DNA of 58,277 nucleotides from Octopus bimaculoides (taxonomy: Eukaryota): positions 45,539,692-45,597,968 of the forward strand of contig NC_068988.1 in the NCBI RefSeq assembly GCF_001194135.2, read 5' to 3'. Of the stretch, positions 10,598-22,149 are shown piece after piece. The position numbers were made by a program, and so were the translations under genes. The notes below the pieces were generated by a model, which did not search any database, was not told the DNA's origin, and saw only the letters and a program-made list of their open reading frames with translations. Every line of letters begins with the position of its first letter. Positions within the stretch are counted from its first letter, which is position 1.

Positions 10598-11135
10598 NNN
10601 NNNNNNNNNNNNNNNNNNNNNNNNNNNNNNNNNNNNNNNNNNNNNNNNNNNNNNNNNNNNNNNNNNNNNNNNNNNNNNNNNNNNNNNNNNNNNNNNNNNN
10701 NNNNNNNNNNNNNNNNNNNNNNNNNNNNNNNNNNNNNNNNNNNNNNNNNNNNNNNNNNNNNNNNNNNNNNNNNNNNNNNNNNNNNNNNNNNNNNNNNNNN
10801 NNNNNNNNNNNNNNNNNNNNNNNNNNNNNNNNNNNNNNNNNNNNNNNNNNNNNNNNNNNNNNNNNNNNNNNNNNNNNNNNNNNNNNNNNNNNNNNNNNNN
10901 NNNNNNNNNNNNNNNNNNNNNNNNNNNNNNNNNNNNNNNNNNNNNNNNNNNNNNNNNNNNNNNNNNNNNNNNNNNNNNNNNNNNNNNNNNNNNNNNNNNN
11001 NNNNNNNNNNNNTATATATACACATGCATATGTGTATATATGTGTGTGAGTCTGTGTATAGATGTATATATCTATATATGAAAGAGAGATAGATGAATGG
11101 ATGCTTTGATAGACAGATGGAAACACACACACACA

Positions 11136-11177
<42 letters not shown>

Positions 11178-11369
11178 TACACACACATACATAAAAGCTC
11201 AAACAGAATTTCTTAAAGTACATATATATATATAAGACAATCCGACTGATAATTAAACCTTCAGTAATGAAGAGCGTGTGACCCCTAGGCTACCAGTGTG
11301 ATATAACCTACTACTGTTTCTTCTGTTGATGGTACAGCAGTCTTCTGCAAACTAGCAAGTTGAATTCCA

Positions 11370-11555
11370 TTATCACCACCACTTCTATCGTCACCACCAC
11401 TCCCATTGCCACTACCACCACCACAACAACATCAACTACCACAACCACCGCCACCACCATGACCACGACTTCTACATTGTTGAGGACGATGACCACAATA
11501 GCACTTCCACTGTCACAACCTCCACTGCCACGGCATTTATTAACTACATCACTGT
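11370..11555. repeat. (ACC/ACA)n trinucleotide low-complexity tract
   Basis: Direct inspection; explains the Thr-rich and Val-rich ORFs. Confidence 0.9.
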
Positions 11556-11760
11556 AGCATTCTTTCTTCCTCTCTCAACACTCTTGCTTCGTTTCCTACT
11601 AAACACATTATTGTACTGAATAATTTTGCTAACCCTTCCTCCCTAGAACTGCAAAACCTCTGATTCCCCTCCTTGTTTATGTTTGATTTCAACCTGCAAA
11701 AGTCCGAAATGAAAATCAGATGCATCAATGATACCAGGCCATTATTATTTTGTGTGTGGG

Positions 11761-11960
11761 CAAGGTGGTGAGCAGACAGAATCGGCAGCATGCGAGGTGA
11801 AATTCTTAGTGGTATTTCGTTTGTCTTTATATGTTCTGAGTTCAAATTCCACCGCGGTCAACTTTGCCTTTCATACTTTCAGGGTCAATAAATTAAGTAA
11901 GCAGTTGAGTATTTGGGTCAATGTGGTCAACTGTCCTGCTCCCCTCAAAATCCAGAATCA
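11761..11960 (+). mobile_element. SINE family B
   Basis: Head 'caaggtggtgagcagacagaatcggcagc' and body 'gttctgagttcaaattccaccgcggtcaactttgcc'. Confidence 0.8.
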
Positions 11961-12221
11961 TTATATCTCTGCTATGGACCTTGCCATCTTCCCCAAGATA
12001 AAATAATAAATCCCCATTCTGTTAGAACAAACAATACTGCAATAGTTACAATGAGCATCAAGACCACCAGATCACATGATTTCGATCTTTGTTGATCTTA
12101 CCAATGAATGGCGAAATCTATATAAGGTACACATCATCATTGATAAGAAGTACTACGTTTATTGAAATACTGAAAAATTAGTAACATATTTTATTCGCTT
12201 ACATTTTTCTTTTTCACACAG

Positions 12222-12396
12222 AATTACAAGAACAATGCTTGAAATGAGGTGACTGAGTGTGGATGTTTGGATGCTGGCAATATGGCACAGATGACTAGAT
12301 GTTTGGCAATGGCCTTTTTGGTGACAGTACTTTTTAACACTGGAGGCAAACACACTCACATGAACATGTGCACAGAAATTTACTCATACAAGTAGA
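12222..12396 (+). other. Candidate spliced exon in unique sequence; contains a 37-codon ORF (12282-12395)
   Basis: Branch-like cttac, polypyrimidine tract and CAG acceptor at 12221; AGA|GTAAGT donor at 12397; all frames closed near the 5' end. Confidence 0.3.
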
Positions 12397-12409
12397 GTAA
12401 GTAAGTGAG

Positions 12410-12700
12410 AGAGAAAGAGGGAGAGGGAGAGAGAGAGAGAGAGGGGGAAGAGAGAGAGAGGGGGGGAAGAGAGAGAGAGAAAGGCATGGAAGAGAAAAAG
12501 ACATTATTATTTAATGATTGAATGCAATTGATATGAACACTTTCCATCTCCTCATACACATCAAAAGAAATATGCTTACACACATAAATGCAGTGAGAGA
12601 GAGAGAGAGAAACAGAGGGGAGAGAGGGACAGACAGAGGGAACGAGATGAAGAGGAGGGAGACTATTAGAGAAAAGTGAAAAGGAAAGATTGAAAGAGAC
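12410..12700. repeat. GA-rich polypurine tracts
   Basis: Two (GA)n/G-rich blocks visible directly. Confidence 0.9.
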
Positions 12701-13049
12701 ATTGAAACACCTGATCTACACAAATAAGCCAGCATTGAATCAGTGACACTAAACAGGTGGGGACAAAACGGCTGTGCTGAAACATCTCATATCCTTCAAT
12801 ACAACCTTAATATTCTGGCCTTGATATATTGTATGAAATTTCTCACGTTTATGGTATGAATAAATATGAGCTCAGGTGCTCAATCGTGAGCTTAATTTGT
12901 AATAATTGTGAGCTTAGAAGTGTGAGCTCAAGTGATCTCAATTTGTAACCAGGTTTCAATTTACCGACATAGCTTTCCTAGGCATGGGTACTACGAAAAA
13001 TTACTTCTCTATCTTGAGATACAATTCAGTTGGTGCCTTGTCTCTGTAT

Positions 13050-13458
13050 CTTCTATATTTTACCTGTTTCAGACATTGAACTACGGCCATGCTGGGACAC
13101 CACCTTAAAGAGTTTTAATCAAACAAATCAGCCTCAAGACTTAACTTTTTTGAAGCCTGGTATATAATCTATCAGTCTCTTTTGCTGAATCACTTAACTA
13201 TGAGGATGTAAACACACCAACACTGGTTGTCCAACAGTGGGGGAGAGGAGCAAACAGACACAAAGTCAGACATGCATAGATGTATACATATATATATACG
13301 ATGGGCTTCTTTCATTTTCTGTCAACCAAATCCACTTGCAAGCCTTTGGTCAGCCTGAGGCTATAGCAGAAGACACTTGCCCAAGATGCCATGCAGTGGG
13401 ACTGAACCTGAGACCATGTAATTGAAAAGCAAGCTTCTTATCACACAGCCATGCCTAT
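13050..13458 (-). mobile_element. SINE family A, full length
   Basis: Reverse tail (gccatgctgggacaccaccttaaag...) and reverse head (gcttctttcattttctgtcaaccaaatccac...cacacagccatgcc). Confidence 0.85.
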
Positions 13459-13510
13459 TCCTATGTATAACTATTTTTAATAAAAGGGAAATAATTGATT
13501 TTGTCACATG

Positions 13511-13610
<100 letters not shown>

Positions 13611-13809
13611 ATGTATCCTTGTGTTTGAGTGTGTGCATTGTGTCATATTGTGTTACCCACTAGAATACTAAGACATATCAAGGACTAATGGCATTGATTT
13701 CATTACACTTTCCTTTGTTTTTGTTTAGCTAGAGAAGGAATTTATATAAGGTAGAGTCTATCATTTAGAGATACACCCTCATTTCGTTAGGATCCTCATG
13801 AGCTTACAT

Positions 13810-14070
13810 TCTTCTTGTGCTCACCTCTTTCATTCATTCTCCTCCCTAATGTGTGTAGTTCCCTCATTTATTCAGTACCCTTAATCATTCACTTCCATCA
13901 TTCATTCACCCCATCTAATTAAATTAGCTCCTTTATCAATTCACCTTCGCCAATAAGTTCAGCTCTCTCATTCATTCACTGTCCTAATTAGTGCATCTCC
14001 CTTATTCTATTCCCCTCTCTCATTCATTCACTCGTCTCATTTATTCATCTCTCTCTTCCATATAACTACC
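13810..14070. repeat. Degenerate minisatellite with recurring 'tcattcattca' core
   Basis: About seven degenerate units with ctctctcattcattcac / ctaatt motifs. Confidence 0.6.
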
Positions 14071-14659
14071 TCGTTAGTTTAATTCCCTTGATGACTTGGA
14101 GAAACTGAGTTGGAGTTATATGTGGTGGTGGTGGTGAGGGTGGTAACAGTGTTGCTTTGTTGGTAGTATTAAGCTGCTGACTGAATTATACTCTGTTCTT
14201 ATTGTTTGGCCCTAGTCAACATTAATTAAGCGTACCCATAATCAAGGGTATCCCATCCATGACTAGATTGTCTTCTTCAAGTCGTTATAGAATTACATTA
14301 TCTAATATACCTTTCACTTATTTAAGATAGTAAAATCTATTTCAAGAGAGACTTGGTTGCTATTTCTAGCATTTACATAGATGCTTCTTCATTGTCTCAC
14401 ATAGGCTTTTGCTATAACAAGTAGAAGGTATGTGTTAGTTTTATAAAATAATGAACTAGTATAGAAGATGTGAACTTAAACTCTGAACAAACATTGATTA
14501 TTACATAAAATTCAATTCAGTGCACATTTTATAGTCAGTTGTTGCAACTTTGTGGCTTTCATTCATTTTGCTTTTGAAGAATAGATACAAATGCTGCAAT
14601 GCTCAGATATGAAAGTAGCATGCCAGCCAGCATGGAAGACAGACATTAAATGATGATGA

Positions 14660-14950
14660 CCCTGCCAGTGCAAATGCCACTTAAAAAGCACCCAGCCCAA
14701 CTGTAAAGTGGTTGGCATTTGGAAGAGCATCCAGCAGTAAAAACCACACCAAAACTGACCTCGTAAAAACTGCCACGTAAAAAGCCCTCAACCCACTCTA
14801 TGGAGTGGCTGGTGTTAGGAAGGCATCCAGTTGTAGAAATCAGGCCAAAACACATGCAGAAGCATGGCGCAGGTTTCTGTCTGGCCATCTCCTGTCAAAC
14901 TGTCCAACCCAAGCCAGCATGGAAGGAGGACGTTAAATGATGATGATGAT
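14660..14950 (+). mobile_element. RTE-LINE 3' tail (family C) ending in (GAT)n
   Basis: 'ggttggcatttggaagagcatccagc...ccagcatggaaggaggacgttaaatgatgatgat'; the same tail is attached to RTE coding sequence at 34978-35610. Confidence 0.75.
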
Positions 14951-15262
14951 CATCATCATCATCATCGTTTAGCGTCCGCTTTCCATGCTAGCATGGGTTG
15001 GACGATTTGACTGAGGACTGGTGAAACCGGATGGCTACACCAGGCTCCAATCTGATTTGGCAGAGTTTCTACAACTGGATGCCCTTCCTAACACCAACCA
15101 CCCCAAGAGTGTAGTGGGTGCTTTTATGTGCCACCAGAACGAAGGCCAGTCAGGTGGTACTGGCAACGGCCACACCCAAAGTAGTGTATTTTACGTGCCA
15201 CCTGCACAGGAGCCAGTCCAGCGGCACTGGCACGATCTCGCTCGAATGTCTTTACAACATAT
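14951..15262 (-). mobile_element. RTE-LINE 3' tail (family C), younger subfamily
   Basis: (CAT)n-cgtttagcgtccgctttccatgctagcatgggttggacg...; closely matches 47325-47620. Confidence 0.8.
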
Positions 15263-15269
15263 GATAATG

Positions 15270-15487
15270 ATATTAAACCTGGCACATAGTGAGTCATGTT
15301 TCTGCTCACTGAAAACACAATACTCTATTAATACATTAAACATAGCAATGTTCTGCAAAAGTGTTTAAAATATGTCTTGGATATTAAATTTCTTCTGAGA
15401 CAAATCACAACCTCCCCAAACACCCAAAGCCCCCATTGAGAGCTGATAACACCCTGTTTGCTCAGGTTAAGACCCACAGCAATAAAG
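15270..15487. repeat. Copy of the right end of a hAT-like element (homologous to 21201-21421)
   Basis: Collinear from 'attaaacctggcacatagtgag' to 'ggttaagacccacagcaataaag'. Confidence 0.75.
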
Positions 15488-17051
15488 TAGATATAAATAC
15501 TGTAATGCTCAGATATGAAAGAAGAACTTAAACATGATACAACACAGTTCCGAATGCAATATTTTAACAATCTACTAAGCTAACCAGTCTGCTTTCCAAT
15601 TCTATTGATTGTGGCACATAAAAAGTCTTTTCTGTTATCCGCCTCCAATGTTTATCCTTCAGATTAGCGGTTGCTGATTAAATTCCCGGTCTATGCATCA
15701 ATTGTTAATTTACCACTAAAACCTCGCCATACCGTTTTCCCCACCTCTCCTGTTTATCCTGCAAGATAATTCCATTCCATCATATTCTATGCATTAGTTG
15801 CATCAAAAGAGACGCATCTTTAGTTATTGTTGATATTTACAAAAACTCTCTTTTTTTTTTCTCTCTCTTTTTTTTTTTAATATTTTGTCCTTTTGCCTAA
15901 TTTCTGAAAAAGCCATTACTGTCAATTGTTCATTAGTTATTAATTGCTTTACATTCAGATATTTTGTTCTTCAAAGCAAGCTCTCTAGTCATCGCAGAAC
16001 ATTGCTTTTATTTAATTGTGTTTATACCATGTATGAAGTGTATTCTATATAGCTAGTATATGTTACAAGAACTGCAGGATCTCAATGCCAATTTCTTTCA
16101 TATAGATTTTTAACAAGCTCATATACTCATCTCCAGTATTACTCACATTTGGGATTTTTTTATATATATATATTTTCGCCCTTCATTTTTTACTTTTTAT
16201 TTTTATTTTCCCTCTTTGTTACTGTTTAGTGTTGTAGACATGTGCAAAGAAGACATATATAGATAGTCCAGTCTTTGAAATCCAGAGCAACCAGCAGCAT
16301 TTTAACATCCTTTTATAATATTGGCTTTTATAATAAAGCTAAGATCAAATCTCTTTGTCTGTCAGATTACATTGTGTCCCCATGGTTTCATTGTAATTCA
16401 CTGTCAGAAAGGTTTACAGTTAGAGTCATTAGATGAAATAATAGTTACTATGCAGTGATTGCTGCATATGTGGCCATGAAAGTGTTAATTCATTATCAAC
16501 GAGATTTACAGTTGAACTAATCATTACACAGTACTGTCAGTCATTGTGGACAGGGAAAAGTGTAACACATTACTACTAGTATTTATAGCTTGAAAAATTG
16601 CATGTAGTAATCACATCAAAGCACTGCCCTTAGGTGTCTTTAGCAGAGTCCAATAAATTGCAAGTAATGTGAGGAAAAGTTTTTCTCTTTCACTTACCAG
16701 TCACAGAGGCATTGAAAAAAAAAAAGGTTATAGGCACTGTCCTTTCCTCTTTAACAAGAATTTCTTTCTTTTTTTTACAAAAAGAAAAGGAAAAAACAAG
16801 AAAAGAAAACAAGTAATTGGTATGGATTTTTCAAATAGAATTATTATAAATCGATCCAACGCGATTTTCAAATAGTATAGTTATATTTAGTGTTAGTAGT
16901 AGATACATGAATTTGCCAGCATGTTTAGGCAGTGAAAGGATAACCTGTTCTAAATAAGAATTACAGATAGAATGGTTTTATGGGCATGTGTATATCATCA
17001 TTATCATCATCATCATCATCAACATCATATAATGTTCATTTTACATGCTGG

Positions 17052-17091
<40 letters not shown>

Positions 17092-17105
17092 CACACACAC
17101 ACAAC

Positions 17106-17208
17106 TGCTACTCAGAGTTTCTCATTCCTGTTCATCGGCAGTTAAGATCAAGAATACATTCTTGATCACAACTGCCTGACGAATGGGAATGTGAAACTCT
17201 GAGTAGCA
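17106..17208. repeat. Long imperfect inverted repeat (~50-bp arms), candidate pri-miRNA/hairpin RNA
   Basis: tgctactcagagtttc...gatcaagaat-ac-attcttgatc...gaaactctgagtagca; arms paired by hand. Confidence 0.9.
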
Positions 17209-17338
17209 ATTTTTTGTGATCGTTTTGCAGCTTTAATAAAAAAGTACATTACTCTACCTTCGGTATTAGTTTTTCATTTATGTGCTTACTCATGTGTGGG
17301 TGTGTATGTATATACACACACACACACATATATATATA

Positions 17339-17370
<32 letters not shown>

Positions 17371-17425
17371 NNNNNNNNNNNNNNNNNNNNNNNNNNNNNN
17401 NNNNNNNNNNNNNNNNNNNNNNNNN

Positions 17426-17489
<64 letters not shown>

Positions 17490-17782
17490 TGTATATAACA
17501 AACGAAGAAAAAAAACGATTCCTTTGAAGGGGTGTAAGACATCCAATTCACTGGTACGACAGTTGAATACCACAGAAATAGGGGTATGAATACAAATTTC
17601 AAATAATAAATTAAATTGAGTAAATAACAATTGACAATCTAACAATTTATTACAAGTAACATAATATAATGTATTATAAAATATAATATAATATAAGGTA
17701 ACATAACCAATTAAAAAAACAAAAAACAAAAATATATATATATATATATTTATATTTATATGTATGTATATATATGTATAGA

Positions 17783-18050
17783 GGCACAGGAGTGGCTTTG
17801 TGGTAAATAGCTTGCTTACCAACCACATAGCACCGAGTTCAGTCTCACTGTGTGACACCTTGGGCAAGTGTCTTCTACTATAGCCTTGGGCCGACCAAAG
17901 CCTTGAGAGTGGATTTGGTAGATAGAAACTGAATGAAAGAAACCCATCGTATATATATGTATATGTTTGTCCGCCCCCCCCATCATCGCTTGACAACCAA
18001 TGTCGGTGTGTTTACATCCCTGTAACTTAGTGGTTCAGCAAAAGAGATCG
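17783..18050 (+). mobile_element. SINE family A, 3'-truncated
   Basis: Head 'ggcacaggagtggctttgtggtaaatagc' through 'gtaacttagtggttcagcaaaagag'. Confidence 0.85.
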
Positions 18051-18265
18051 ATCGAAAGAATTTATAAGCAGTGTGTCTGTGGATACTTGGAGAGGGTGCA
18101 CAGTAACAGAACAAAATCTCAAGCAAGATTTAAAGGGGTAAGCACAGCTGTTCCCTCCATTTCTATTCATAGACATATTGTATATCAATATGTACAATGT
18201 TGGCTAATGAATCTATAGATATTTTCTACAGTACATAACAGTAATAAAATAAAACACCGTAACAC

Positions 18266-18706
18266 TCTCTTACTCTTTTACTTGTTTCCGTCAATTGACT
18301 GTGGTCATGCTGGAGCACCACCTTTAGTCAAGCAAATCGACCCTAGGACTTATTCTATCGGTCTCTTTTGCCGAAACTGCTAAGTTGCGGGGACGTAAAC
18401 ACACCACTATCGGTTGTCAAGCGATGTTGGGGGAACAAACACAAACACACAAACATATACACAAACATACATATATATATATACATACATATATACAACG
18501 GACTTCTTTCAGTTTCCGTCTACCAAATCCACTCACAGGGCTTTGGTCGGCCTGAGGCTATAGTAGAAGACACCTGCCCAAGNNNNNNNNNNGGTCGGCC
18601 TGAGGCTATAGTAGAAGACACCTGCCCAAGGTGCCACGCAGTAGGAATGAACCCGGGACCATGTTGTTGGTAAGCGAGCTACTTACCACACAGCCACTCC
18701 TGCGCC
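18266..18706 (-). mobile_element. SINE family A, full length
   Basis: Reverse tail 'ctcttactcttttacttgtttc...' to reverse head 'cacacagccactcctgcgcc'; has a 10-N gap with duplicated flanks. Confidence 0.9.
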
Positions 18707-19322
18707 TGTTTAATTTCATAGAATAACTATTATATAATAGTCATTAGCAAATCCATAGTAATGCTATCAATACCAGAAGTTATTGAACAATTTTACTATC
18801 AGTCTGTCTAAGTGGATATAGGTTTTAGCTAGAATTATTAGACACTATTGAAGATAGGAGGAATTGAACACTGATTTCGGTAGTCGTGCTTGCTTGTGCA
18901 CTGCGAATTCTCCAACCAACTCAAACTTCACCCTTTGATGAATAGAACAAAGGAAAGCTAACCTCAGACATCATTTTCGGACCACATATCCTGAACTGTT
19001 GAACTATTATCTTCTCTTTAATATCTGGTTTTTAATAAAAGCCAGAGATAACAACAATTCTGTATTCAGTTGCATTGATAAAGACTACCTGCTCACTGGA
19101 GGACTTTGTTTCTGTTCAGTATAAAATAAAGTGGCTGTAATTTGTTATATGCATGCATGTATGTACGTACGTATGTATGTGTATATGCATATATGCATGT
19201 ACATACACACTCACACTCACACACACACACAATATACATATGTACACATATGTATGCATGCATATATCTCTATAATATGTGTATGCATGTATACACACAA
19301 GTGTGTGTGTGTGTTTGGGTGT

Positions 19323-19377
<55 letters not shown>

Positions 19378-19869
19378 CATATATTTAATAGAATTTTGCA
19401 GAAATCCTGTGTGAAATGAACTTATTTTTGCCTCACTGATTAATAAATCAAACATGACAGATGAGTTTACCAAATTGATATTAGATATGGAAATTATATA
19501 TATAAAGCCAATTTGAGATTTGTTTCATTGATTGCTGATTTCGTTAAATCTGCTCGCCTTTCTTATGCAATTATGAATAATTTTAATAAAGTTCTTGATG
19601 ATAAATTGCAGAAAGTTGTGGCAGATCTATTCATTCATGTGTTTCATTATGAAAGCATATCATATTCTATTTCAAGTTAAGCTTATATAACAGTTGTCTA
19701 TTTTGGGGCAATGTTAGTAATGAGAGGATGAAGAATAATTATATTTGATTTATAATCGAGTGGTAATCTCTTGGTAAGTTAACCATGTAACAAAATTTTA
19801 AAAGCAAGACAATTTCATTTGCAATAAGGAGAGATGAAGTGCCATTGCATACAAGCTCCTCCCTTTCAC

Positions 19870-20110
19870 CCTACTCCAGTTGAGTGTTCCTAATATTGTG
19901 AGCTCTTAGGTGCTGGTGCCATGTAAAAAGTACCCATACTGGTGCTGCGTAAAAGCATCCCTGTACACTCTGTAAAGTGGTTGGCATTAAGATGTATAAA
20001 CCTTGTCAAAACAGATGTGGAGTCTTACGAGCCCTTCAGCTGGTCAGCTCTTGTTAAACTGTCCAACTCAAGCCAGCATAGAAAACGGACGTTAAATGAT
20101 GAAGATGATG
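19870..20110 (+). mobile_element. RTE-LINE 3' tail (family C)
   Basis: 'gtggttggcattaagatg...ccagcatagaaaacggacgttaaatgatgaagatgatg'. Confidence 0.75.
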
Positions 20111-20257
20111 AGGAAGAGAGGCAAGTTTTGATTTTCCAGAATGCCAGAAATTTACCTGTTCATGAGGCACCAAAATCTAACTTATTTGACAAACTTTTTC
20201 TTATCTCATTTTCTTAGAAATTGAATAATTAATTTGAGAATTTATCTACATTTTAAC

Positions 20258-20449
20258 CATTTAGTATTTAAACCGACCATATTCGACTGAAATATTCTAC
20301 CTATTTTGTGTTCGAACCAGCTTGACATGGCCTAAATGTATACAATCACATTATTGAAATCTCGAAGCTGCGAGATAATACCAGATTTAATTCAAAACAA
20401 TGTGAATAAATATGCATTACATTTGAAGAATAATTTGAATGCTAAAGAG
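20258..20449. mobile_element. piggyBac-like MITE, internally shortened
   Basis: TTAA-ccatttagtattt ... gaatgctaaagag-TTAA. Confidence 0.75.
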
Positions 20450-20808
20450 TTAAATACATTGCCAAGCAAAATATTTTCATCAAGATTAAAATATAAACAG
20501 GGAGATTCTGTTATGAGGAAGCAAAAACATGAATGATGATGCAACAATATCCAATATAATTTCATTACATCAGTTATTATTTTCTTTAGTAATTTCCATG
20601 AAAATCTATCTTAGCAAACACCACTTCCTGCAAATAAATAGAAGATACTTGATGAATGGGATAATATACCACTGCATAAAATTTTCTCCTGTTTTATGAA
20701 AATAATTTGCTGTTGATTCAAGCCCTGACTAGTTTCTTTGTTTTCTGTTTTGTTTCTATTTTGTTTGTGTTGATTCTGTAACAAGTTTTTTGGAAAAAGC
20801 CATTAAAG

Positions 20809-21413
20809 CAGTGGTGATCAGCCTTTTGTGGGTCAGGTTGCTTTTAATGGAATGTCATGTTACATTTGCTCCATATTTTGTAATAATGAAAAAATAGAAA
20901 AAAGCTTTGTATTTTAATTTAGTATGTGCCTTTTTTAAATACATGCATAAACCAGAGTGAATTGTATTAAATTTTTATAGAAATTACTAAAGATGAGGAT
21001 TAATATGGTGGTGCCATGTAAAAGGCACCGGTGCTAGTGTCACATAAAAGGCACCCAGTACACTCTGTAGAAATCATGCCAAAATAGGCAATGGAGCCTG
21101 GTGTAGTTCCTGGCCTTGCCAGCTCCTGTCAACCTGTCTGAACCATGACTGTATGGAAAACAGACATTAGATTATGATGATGATGATGATGATGATGATA
21201 TTAAACCTTGGCACATAGTGAATCATGTTCCTGCTCATTGAAAACGCAAGGTTCTATTAATACATTAATCCTAGTAATGAAACGTGTTTTAAGATATGTC
21301 TTGAATATTATATTTCTATGACAAATCACAACTGCTCTAAACACCCAAAGCCTCCATTGAGAGCCCACGACATCCTATAAAGGTGGCTCTGTTGCCCAGG
21401 TTAAGAACCACAG
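20809..21413. mobile_element. hAT-like non-autonomous element with a nested RTE tail (~21005-21200)
   Basis: Ends cagtggtgatcagcc / ggttaagaaccacag; 8-bp flanks cattaaag / caatagag (6 of 8 match). Confidence 0.55.
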
Positions 21414-21859
21414 CAATAGAGCAGCATTTATTTTGCAGCACACACACACACGCACACACACACACACACACACACGCANNNNNNNNNNNNNNNNNNNNNN
21501 NNNNNNNNNNNNNNNNNNNNNNNNNNNNNNNNNNNNNNNNNNNNNNNNNNNNNNNNNNNNNNNNNNNNNNNNNNNNNNNNNNNNNNNNNCACAGCTGAAT
21601 AGGAGTTCAAGTCCCATATTCATCAGCTTTTCCTTTTATCCTTCAAGACTGGAATAAAAAATATACCAGTCAAGTGTTGGAACTAATCCAAGGCATTCTT
21701 GGAGATGAACAGTATTATCATAGGAATTAAAAAACACTAATTTTCTTTATTTTCTATCCTTTGCAGCTGTAATTCCAGCTAAGATAAAAAATGATACCTT
21801 ACTTTACCTGTCTGGCTCTTGAGATTTTGTTCAAAATGTTAGTCTTCAGTGGTGAATCA

Positions 21860-22112
21860 TCATCATTTATTGTCCGTTTTTCATGCTGGCATTGGCTGGA
21901 TGGTTTGATTGAAGCTGATAAACGCTGCAGGCCGCAACAGGCTCCATTGTCTGTTCTGCATGGTTTCTATGGCTGGATGATTTTCTAATACCAACCATTT
22001 TACAAAGTGTACTGGGGGCTTATTATGTGGCATCAGCATCGGTACTTATGATGTAGTACCAGCGTGAGTGCATTTTATGTGGCACCAGTACCAATGCTTT
22101 TAATGTGACACC
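21860..22112 (-). mobile_element. RTE-LINE 3' tail (family C)
   Basis: 'tgtccgtttttcatgctggcattggctggatggtttg...ttctatggctggatg'. Confidence 0.75.
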
Positions 22113-22149
22113 AGCACGAGTAATTTCAACAATTTAGTTTCAATTTTAA

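Noticed and set aside
11549-11845. 98-aa minus-strand ORF
   Set aside because: Starts inside a SINE B copy; no recognisable domain or donor site
18545-18630. 38-bp direct duplication inside a SINE A copy
   Set aside because: Identical copies flank a 10-N gap, so this is an unmerged contig overlap
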